Part shown: piece after piece, positions 32,324-42,700 of the stretch | Position numbering within the stretch: the first letter of the stretch is position 1 | How the letters are laid out: each line of letters begins with the position of its first letter | Source of the DNA: Phoronis australis | Taxonomy: Eukaryota > Animalia > Phoronida | DNA: 64,000 nt | Direction: 5' to 3' | Assembly (NCBI GenBank): GCA_002633005.1 | Contig: NMRA01000095.1 | Span: 115,901-179,900 of the forward strand | Made by a program: the position numbers and the translations under genes | Notes under the pieces: generated by a model | The model's database searches: none | Told to the model about the DNA's origin: nothing | What the model saw: only the letters and a program-made list of their open reading frames with translations

Positions 32324-34940
32324 CTGAAATGGAAATCGAAGTAATAATTAATTACCGGTTGTGTGTTTGATACGATACATTTTAATTCGTCTACCGATTA
32401 ACAATTCTATTTAAACTGATTCAATCCGTTTCAGAATAACCCGACTATCCTATATTTTCTCATAACTTCCTCAAAACTTTAGCCAATTTTTACAAATCAA
32501 GAAATGCCAAGTAGAGCCTAACTTGTGTCACAATAAAATAGCAAAGTTGGCCAGTTTCAGTGAAACTGTCTACGGGTTACTCGGACCAAGCTGGCGATTC
32601 ATTACTCAATATGGGGAAGAGCTCCGTTAAACAATCAGTCAAAGAAGAATTAGAGGTCTTGACAAAATGTGGTCAGTGTTAAAACCGATGCTAGCATTAA
32701 CAATCTCTATATACGTCAGTTCAGGCGCGCTTTCATTCGTCAAGAAGTATAAATTAGCGTAGAGAAGTTTATTTTGAAACCTACATGTTGCAAACTGAGT
32801 TGAGTGCGTGCAAACTTAACAGCGTCCACTCATTTATTCATAGTATCTTTGGGTCAGTTGGAGAACCAGTTCTACTGGCACCTATGAAACGTATACAGAC
32901 CCTGTGGTAACTCTTGCACTGCAAAATTGCGAGTAGAGGGTAAGCTGAACATTTTGCAAACTTTATCAAAGCCTGTGTATATCTGTAAGTGCATCAGAGT
33001 TTGGAAATCCTTACCTTTAATATGTGAACCAACGTGTGGTAATGATGGCTGTCCCCGAAAGGTGTGGAGAAGCAGTAGGCGATTCTTTCGTCTCTTTTAA
33101 TGCCTGTAACTCGTTTGTAATTCATGTCGTGAGCAAGCGCAGTAAAAAAGAAGGCCAGTTTCTCTGTCTTTGTGAACAGAGTGGGTTCCATAAACTTAAG
33201 AAGAAGGTAGCAACAATGCGTTGCACACATGGCGTGCCTCCAATTGTGATATGGGTAGTATGGGTAATTCTCTCGAATGAGAATTATTCCAGTTATTACA
33301 GACTTCAAATCGAAAATGTTCTTGTCGAATGTTTTGAGCAACATGTAGTGGACGACGTCTTGTATTTCCTCCTTCGACATCTCGGGCGGAGGATAGTAGG
33401 ACACGGTTTCAAAATTTCTGGGCAGTGACAAAGCGGCGTTAATCGTGGGAAGAAAACGGGAGTATGCTTCCTCACATCGGTGAAACATGTGATATCGTAA
33501 CTGCTCAGCGGCCACGTCCGCCATGATAATATCACGCCTCATTTTGCTGTACACTTGCATGTAGTTCACCACCATGCCGATGTAAACGGCAAAATTTGTC
33601 AGTGACAGTTCGTCGCGTTCCGTGAACCTCGTGGCTCCGATCTTATTTATTGCTTCCACTGCGCCGTAGACATTTTCGTTATTCAGAATAATCGGAACGC
33701 ACAGTATTTGATTGCTGTCACAGCCCGCTACCATGTCAATCCTTTCACTGAACCTGTAGTCCTTGCTCGCGTTTTCGACATTAATGACCTGTCCTGTTTC
33801 AATGGATTCCCCTACAATGCCCAACCCAAGAGGAAACCTCATCCGCTTGCTTGTATCGTAAACAGGATTACCGTCCTCGTCAAATTTCCCTTCATCAAAC
33901 AAGTCAGCGTATAGGTCAAATTTGTCTTGATCCACAAAAATGAGGCTGCATCGTTCAGCTTGGACGAGTGCCTTGGTAAATGATATCACTTTGCCCATAA
34001 ATGTCTCTTGATGATCAATATTTCTAATCAGATCTGTTACGGCCTCCACGAGGTATTCATTAAGATGGTTATGGTTAAGCATTTCCTTGCAATCGTCAGC
34101 AGTAGACAGCGCAATCCCCGTCCATCCAATGATAAAATTTGACATCACATGGTCTATGTCCGTAAACTCTCTTATCCAAGTATTTGTTCTTGTAAGCTGA
34201 ACTATTCCTGTCACGTCGCCATCTGCTCCAACTATTGGCACAGACATAATACTGCTATCCTGGTTATTTGAGTCTGTAACTGCTGTGATGTTACCGCAGG
34301 AAGTAACAGATCCCGCAATCTCCAGTAACCGCTCATCCTCGACGAAATCATCCGACTTCCATGTCAAGAAAACCTTCCGATTTTCTTGCTTCGAGTATAT
34401 AGCGAACGCATCAGCCCGCACTGACTCCTTTAGCATGCAGCAAACCTCACGAAAGAGCGCTTGACCAAAATGCGACTGTCCCTTGTTTAAAGCATTTGAT
34501 AAAATATCTAATAGAGAATGAAATTGTCTTCTACAGTAAAGGGTAGGCTCAGAATAATCACACCCACGTATTGCCTCTTCTTCTTGTACGTCCTCGTCGT
34601 CAGCATCTACGTCACGCAGCCCTGTCGGTACGTATATTTTTATTTGTCCCGCGATCTCACATTTTCCCGTTTTCCTCCTGTCCTTAATATCAATTTCAGA
34701 TAGCCACTGCTCTATTGTTTCGGAGGAAATCAAATAATTCTCATCATTCAGCATCTCGTTTAATGTTTGAGCGCGGTGTTCTATAAAGACGTTGATATCG
34801 TCCTTAGTTACCTGTTGTCGATCTATTGATACTTTCGTCTGTCGAGGTACAAATGCACTGTACCTGTGCCACCCGGCACCAGATAATCCATTAGAACATT
34901 CAGTTCTCCTGAACATGCGCGTACTCCTGTAACTCGCCAT
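31808..34940 (-). CDS. GAF-GAF cyclic-nucleotide phosphodiesterase, PDE10-like, divergent (813 aa, 2 exons)
   Basis: Exon 1 34940-33015 (AAG|gtaagg) joins exon 2 32323-31808 (tttcag|TGC) in phase 0. GAF-B NK..F...DE motif; catalytic domain YHNWRH, HD, HH, NDIF..L...EY, CDLC..KPW and NLQNW, colinear with PDE10 as recalled. Confidence 0.88.
33015..34940 (-). CDS. PDE10-like exon 1 (N-terminus, GAF-A, GAF-B, first half of catalytic domain)
   Basis: 1926-nt open exon; the longest gap-free host ORF in the window. Confidence 0.9.
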
Positions 34941-35497
34941 GTTTCAAAGCAAAATCGGCAACGTCAACTAAACGACGTTTTACGTTCTTTTGTGACGTCG
35001 TTTATTATTCGTTATTTTACCGTCATACCATATGTTGGGTTCATAGTGGTCGCATGATACTGAATTCGTTGGTTCAGGGACAGACCCAGGATCCCGAGTT
35101 GTGGAGAGGAGGGGCAGTAACACTGACCAGTGCCCTTAGAGCAGGTCGACAGAAAGCACAGGTGCGAACTTGGGGGTGACTGGGTATGCAAACGTGATTT
35201 GGACAGTCAGATTACGTGATAACTGCGGAATTTGTAACATACACAGGAGACCGACTGATAATGTGAAATTGTCTGTTACCTACCCAATAAGTTAACCTTC
35301 CTACGGGTCTCCTGTATCATTGAAGACTTGTACATGAAGTCAACGTACAAGGTGTGGAAGATGGTAAGCAGAAGGTAAATCCTCACTGTTCTCACTGGAA
35401 CATTTTGCAAGAAAAAGAGAAAAAAATACATTGATAACTGGTTGACTGATGACATACCAAACAGTAGGATGAAAACAGCAATAGCACTGACATGGGA

Positions 35498-35572
35498 CCC
35501 TCAGTAGCTCAGTGGTAAGAGCACTAGACCGGCAATCTAGAGACCTGTGGTTCGATTCCCAGTTGTGGTTCC
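35498..35572 (+). pseudogene. tRNA-derived sequence (pseudo-tRNA or SINE head), anticodon-loop position reads GGC
   Basis: A-box TAGCTCAGTGG, stem CTAGA/TCTAG, B-box GGTTCGATTCC and a T-run downstream. The acceptor and T stems pair poorly. Confidence 0.55.
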
Positions 35573-36562
35573 TGTTATTTTTGTGTTAATTTGATATAAA
35601 ACCATACGATAAGTACATTTAAGTATTCAGCTTTATTTGATGTTCTGATACTATGACGTCATCAAATCAAACGAAATGATCCCCCCGCCAAAGTTTAACC
35701 ATGTTATTTGAGGACTGAGGAACGTTTTCAGTTGCAACATACGGCAAAATCGACTGTCAAGGCGGGAAACTTTCCTCGTGCAAGCCCCGCTTGCCAGGAA
35801 ATTGGACTCGTTTCTGCTTCCAAAGCCCGCTCCAGGAAATGTTCGGCAGGGCTGTTCAGAAAACATGACTTGTTGGATAGTGATTCATACATACCCAACT
35901 CTAGGAAATTGAAGAGGCAGAGAAAAAATATTTTTTGATGATCACTTCCGTATGTTGCGTGTTCATAATTAGTAGTTGCAACAACTACAGCCATTGCTTC
36001 ATCTCCACAGGTGAGCGGAGAGGGACCGAGGGTTGATGTGTGCAGGTCAGCCGGGACCAGCATTCAACGCTATCAAGATGAAATCCTATTATGGGAGTAG
36101 CCCTTTATCCAAAAATGATACATGTACACTTTAAAAAACGACAGTACTATATGTAGATGAACTGCTCATATCTGAGTAATGGTGTTCACAAATTAGTAAA
36201 ACTGAACATTTTCCTAGGGTCCTAAACATGTATAACCTAATTATAATCCAGTCAAGCATAAATAAGCAAGCCGGAAAGGTGACGAAAAACAGAACCACAA
36301 CAAAAGAGGGCGCGCCAATATGCTATAACAACACTACACTACGTTTCACTTTGAACAGCGTATTTCAGAATTAAGCGAGACTTGACAATAAAGTTCCAGT
36401 TGGCACAAATTATCCTGGCTTTGTAAACTGATAGTGAACACGTGCATTTTGGGCTGCATGAAACGAACGACACGAGTAAGAAGTCAGATGTTAAATCTGA
36501 AAACCATGCAGTCCGTTTCATCTGGCAGTTCGTTATCAGATTGCGAGCAGCTGGGAGTTACT

Positions 36563-36759
36563 TCAAATTTCCGCGTCCTGTGTCAGTTTATGCTCAGTTG
36601 ACGGTGCACTGTCATTTCCTATTTCGTCCTTTGCCTTGCTGTGACTTTTCTGCTTCCGGCAGCAGAACGCCACACACAAGTCAATGAAGAACTCGCAGAA
36701 CTCTATCATCGTAAGTACACTGACGCCAGACATGGCGATAATCAGGGCAGCGAGGCCAG
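36563..36759 (-). CDS. DEG/ENaC exon 9 (TM2 and tail)
   Basis: GLAALIIAMSGVSVLTMIEFCEFF...TGA; tttcag| acceptor. Confidence 0.88.
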
Positions 36760-39700
36760 CTGAAATAAGATTCGAGTTTTTTGAAGCATAATTGCTGGAG
36801 TACTTGTTTGTCGACAACTTAGAAGTGCGTCCATCCTCCCTAGAAACCAGGCAAATGAAGGACGCATTCTTTGGAAAAAGAAAATAGCTCTGTCTTGTTT
36901 AAGACAGAAATGAACAATTCGGTGTAAGTCCAATGTTCTAAACCTTATATTTGAACTGTTCCCTTTGTATTGAACCTTTACAACGGCTCATCAAAGTAAT
37001 AAAGAATAGCCAAGTACACCTGCACTGAGCCCTGACAAGACCTTATACAGGACCAAGCTCAGAATCTAATTTCCTCTAGTCTTTCCTTTTTCGGCATTAC
37101 TATACTAAGATCTGTCGTAGGTGCTCATAACATGATACGTGGCCAGGGTGATGTTCCACTGGTAGACCTACCAATGATTACATGTACTAACGCCAACCAT
37201 AAACACTAGCGACCTCTTGGTATTGCGAGGAGTGACAAAGAAGCTTCATCTCAGGTACACTATTACGCTACTTCATCTCATTTCAATACTACTCAACAAA
37301 GTCTTACCAATCATGTCATTGACAGTCAGCGTTGCTGTCTGCTCCAGAACAAGATACTTTTGGCTTTCAAAAAACACGTCGAGGATCACTGTCGTCTCCC
37401 TACAGGTGAATACAAGACTACTTAATTATAGGCTTTTACCTTTCCGTTTTACTACTGGAAGAAAAACGTTGGTAGATTCTGACCTAGCTATTGCAAGGTC
37501 TCTGACGTAACGAGATGTTGCAGGTCTGGTAACACTTCGAAGCTAGGATAAAGCCTCATCAGAAAACAATGACTATTAAAATTTCTGGAAAAGTTATGTG
37601 TGTACCTCACAGCGTAATAGACAACTGTTTACCTTTCTTTCTGAAAAACGGCAAGGAACTCCAAAGAAACGGAGGAAACGTCAAAAAATTGAAATCGGGA
37701 GGCACAGCAGGTGCGTCTACATGCGAGTTAATGTATGGGTCTATGCAAGACACATTACCTGGGCTTATAAGCGAAACATAAGCGCAAGCGCCAATATACG
37801 AACCACTTGGGTAAAAAAACCGCGAAAAAAGGTATGATGCTCATAGCCCAAAGGCGCGGCGATACGGTATATAAGATAATGGTGTTGGCACATGAGCAGC
37901 ATAGTCATTGACACATCACTAGATACAACAGACGCGCGATCAGTCTGTAAATTAGGTATTTACAGATATGCTCGACAAGGTTGTTAATCCTTGGAACACA
38001 ATTTTGCAAATTAAAACGTTATCTGCGGTAGTTGCAAGGCCTAAATGAAACAAATTTTAGGTCAGACACACTGTTACCTGTCCACCTGATTTTTTGGTAA
38101 CCTGCGATAAGACAATTTTGCATCATAGACAGTGTAGCGGCAAGATTCGGGACAGCTGCAGTAGTCGCCAACGGCCTTGTTAATGGTGTCTGAAAGTTTG
38201 AGCATTATTTAAACATTTAAATCAAAAAACTATCCAGCACTTACAACGATATTTATTGCATAATAGCTGTAAGATTCTAGAACTGGAACAATAAAATAAC
38301 TCTGAACAAGTTATTTCACAAAGTCATTTATTCACGACCTTACTCACAAAGCAAAAAATGAGACAACTCACTCGAGAATTAACATTTTTGAGAGTGCGTA
38401 TGAGCCGAGGGTAGCACCAACCACAGGAATTAACGGACTTGGGCGTTTCCCGCAAAGGATTTGACACTTGCAGGTAGCTACAACCACGCGCAATATCGAG
38501 GGAACAACCAATCAAAGTTCAAGTTAGACAAGTAATTTTCTCAAACAACGCATCCAAGGCATGGTAGTGATTGTGTTTTGAACCAATCAGAAGTTAGATT
38601 ACGCAGGTATTACGCAAATAGCTGCAGGCGAACATTTTTAGTTCTGAATCATCTGACTACTTGTTCAAGGCAAGTAATGGAAATTTTAGCAAACATGGTC
38701 AGGCCACGTTATTCTAAACGATTTCGTACTTAAGAAAAATACAGCATGAGCTGATAAAAAACAGTGCCGTAAAGTGATTTGATGAAATGTAAAAAGACGT
38801 CATACCCTGGACACCATTAAGACAAGATTGCTCGGCAGCACTTGTACACGTCCGAACAGCGTCACCTATACGACAGAAAAAGAGCAAATCGTCAATAACC
38901 AGATATACAACTTGACAAAACCTTTCTGATTTCGTAAGCACTTGATGGTAGATCAACCATTGTATGAGCTCACCATAATGCCAGAGGACATACAGAGGTA
39001 GAGACAAAAGTTTACAGGCAGTACATAAACATAAGTACAGCACTAAAGTTTGTTTTCGGCTGTTCGTTTCCAAATCAGTCCAAGACAGATATATTTTAGA
39101 CTGGCCATTTAACGAAGAGACGGATATGTCACATTACATAGAACGAAATCAACCAACAGAAATAGACATAGTGCACCTCCCTTCCAGCCTTCAGGCGGCC
39201 ACCCGCGAAAGAGCAAGTTCACACACATCCTAGAGAAATTTCACCATACAAGATAAACAACGCATATGACCACACAAGCTAAACTTTTGCGTATCATTCG
39301 CGTAGGGAACACCTCATAACAATGGTATTCCACTGATCAGCTGAATACAGCTGTAGCGGCTGGTCTTAGCCTGTCCAGAACGATGAACTGTAACATATCT
39401 GTGGAGGAGGCACTTGTAAAGCAAGACAAAAACGACAGAGGGCGCTTTCCATCAGTTGCCTGTTTCACTCTAATATATGTTCAATGAATCTTAATGAGAG
39501 TCCTTACATGAACAGACGACAAAATCTTCCATATTCGCCAATTTTATAGACAATCGTAAACATCAATTTGCGTTAAATACGAATGTGCCCGCAGGAAACG
39601 AAGGTAAACTACATTTTTGTATCTGGTGCCGGCAGGGTGACTGACGGATGGACACGATCTCACCTGACAAACGAGGCGGTGCGCATTCACAGTCCTTAAC

Positions 39701-42700
39701 TACTTTCTCAAACAAACATTCCGCGATACACCCAGGTACTGAGTATTTAGTGAAGTGTTTAAGCGTCCTGTCCTCGCAGTCGCCGTATGGGGCGGGCAGA
39801 TTATGGTACTGAAACGAACCATTTCAAATTTGAATAAGCCCTGAATGCTCGTCTAGTTCGTGCATTGGTCATTTTAAGTCAGAAGAGTTCTGAACCTATA
39901 GCGAGTTATAGTGCGACTTTTCACGTAAAATTTCGACCTGATATTTTGTTACTTTGCAAACTCTAAGTGCACGCATTTGTGCTCAAGTTAAGAACGAGCA
40001 CACGCCGGTGGCATAGACATCGGGCAAGTTGTTGGGTAGCTCTTTTAACCAATGAACTTTTCATAAATGTATGTTTGCAACCTTGGATTATAACAACTAA
40101 AATCCCTGGGATTTTAGCCTACCTAAAGATTCAAGCTATTATTTGTTAATTTGTTTTCCTCCTAATAATTTGAAGAAGGAGCAATGAGTTGTGGGGATTA
40201 TGTTGTACACACTTTATTGTATTTCAATTATCAACGAGTCGGCTTTGTGCATGCATTCTGCTATGAGCTATCCGCGTCAAAGTACAAAAATATATCTACG
40301 TCATGCTGGCACCAAGCTAAAAATAAGGAACTCAAGAATTTTTGAGAATATGGAAGAAAATGAAAACGGGGTACATTCATAGCTATGAATTGTGCATTTG
40401 GCGAATTCCTGTCTTTTTAGTGGACTTTTGTCTCGTTTTCTACTTTTTGTTTCTCTCAGGCGGACTTTTTTGCCTTTATCACCAAAGGGAGGGGGGCTCC
40501 TTCCAACTCCCTCGAGTCCCCAACCCTCCCCAGCTGGGTGCGCGCATGTACATACTTTCAAAAAGTTCCGGCTAAAGGGTCCTTAAAATACGCTTTTACA
40601 TACTTGAGTTAAGGATACGGGCACTGAAGCCTGAAGCCCAGGGTCTAAAAACAGACGCTTGAGTTCCATTCGTGGTGGTTCGTCCGTTGGATGAACTTCA
40701 AAAACGATGCTGGATTCAGTCTACAAATAGAATCAACAACAGACTGCAGTCATGATATGTACAGTTGTAAGTACGCTCATTTCAGCACAACTCATCAAGA
40801 TTCAACGACAGGGAACGTACAGGCCTCGCATTTTTCATTTCTTCCGTATATAATGGCAACTTTATAATGGCGTTACAAAAAAGGAAAACTAGATGAAGTT
40901 GAAAATATCCAACAGTGAAAAGTCCAACTGAGAAACATTTTAGTTGTTCGTCTCTTTACAAACGATTTATTTGCCAATATGGAACAAGTCACCTGTCCTG
41001 ACCTAAGAATTGAAACCAGGATCATAAAGCGACCGTTCACCATTAATTTCCACAAATGTACAAAAGGAATTCACAACTGTCACTTCCCAGACTTTAATGT
41101 GTACAAAAATGTAATATTTTACAGGCCTACTGTTGTTAATGACTGTACGAGACCTGCACTCCCTCATTGCTGACTCCGTTTGTGCACTGGCGATGTAGAA
41201 AAAGGGTTACTTTCAAACAGTTTCCCTACAGATACACGAATTTTGTTTCATATCGTCAACAATTGCTATGAAACTCTCCTCTTGTGCAATCTTCCAAACC
41301 TGAATACTTGATTTAGATCACGTGACGTCTTCCCGTATTAGTACCTGATTGATCCATACACGTATAAGCGGTGGTTTATACGAAAGACTGATGCTTCGTT
41401 ACACCTTGATGTCATGCACAAGGCACCCAAAAATGCCAACGTGATTAAACCAAGAATGGTCTCAACCAATAGGAACCATCAGTCCTTTCCACGTCCAGAA
41501 ATTACCGCAAATACCAAAACATGGCCTAGTTGGTTCTGGGTCTACGCCCTACTCATTTTGAAACCCCAGTGCTTCATATGCTGACGTCAAACAACTCTAG
41601 GGTGAAAAGGAGGATCCTGATTCATTTTGGCAGGCAACATGTGACTTTTTAGTTCTGAAAATATGGATAACTATGAACTATCCCATGATCAAATCAATGT
41701 TTGATAATACTGACCAGAACAAATTATGCCAATTTGGCCTAATTTCAAGGATCAACCAATTTTACAACCATGATTGATGTTCTAAACCACAATTCAGGGA
41801 TTTTTGACAGCCTGCGAGTTCATAGCAGTAATAATAAATATGCTACCGCAAAAAGGACAGGGTCAAAAGAGATGCGTTTTACGGTCGCATCTGTAGCATG
41901 TCACGCTAGTTGCCCGACCCGACACCCTGCACCTATAAAGAGTGTATAATGTCCAATCCCCGTTGTTGACATTGCATGGGCGGCGCAGCACTGAAAAAAG
42001 TGGGGGGCTGTAGTCCCCCCAGCCCCCTATGTTGCGCCGGCCATGCATTGATCCCAAAAAAGGTTTCCTATTGTCCTTTTAGGGAGAGCAAAAATTCAAT
42101 GTCCGGGCATTCCAGTGTGGGATACGAGTTGTAGGCTACGTTATTCAGAAAGTGTGCCTCAGGCGGGCGTCTGCACTGCACTAGTAAGCAGGTGGTTGAC
42201 TTCGATAGATGTGACCTGCTCACCCGCAACTATAGTGAATTGATCTTCTGACAGCTTGAAAGAGTGCTAAATGTGAAATGACCTCCACACCGAGATCGTT
42301 TTTGTACAAATGATGGACGTGCTGTTTGGAACGCAGCTATCCCAGAATCCTTCATCTCCTGCTATTGGCTCAAAGGTCAACGAGGACAAATACAGAAAAA
42401 TTCTCACCTCATTCTTGCCACTTCTTGTTCATCCAATATTAATTTACTCTGTATTCCTTTCATAATGCCTGTTATCATTTCACCTTTATGTGACATATAT
42501 AAAGATTTCAACGCTGAGGACAGGACCAATTTGTACAGATGCTTTGTGTCACATTTCAATTTTCATTGGTCTTCCTTTCGTTTTTTTTTCTAATTTAATC
42601 AATATTTCTGAACATTTGTCGACTAATTTAAGTCATAATAACATTGAAGCTATAACTAACTGTATTCAGATTTAACTGAAGGTGTAAACCAGCGACACCA

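Noticed and set aside
32994-33014. ORF-track C-terminus VRISKL as the true end of the PDE
   Set aside because: This is read-through into the intron; the catalytic domain continues in phase in exon 32323-31808.
35498-35572. Functional tRNA-Ala(GGC)
   Set aside because: The acceptor and T stems are mispaired, the loop lacks U33, and G34 alanine tRNAs are atypical in eukaryotes.
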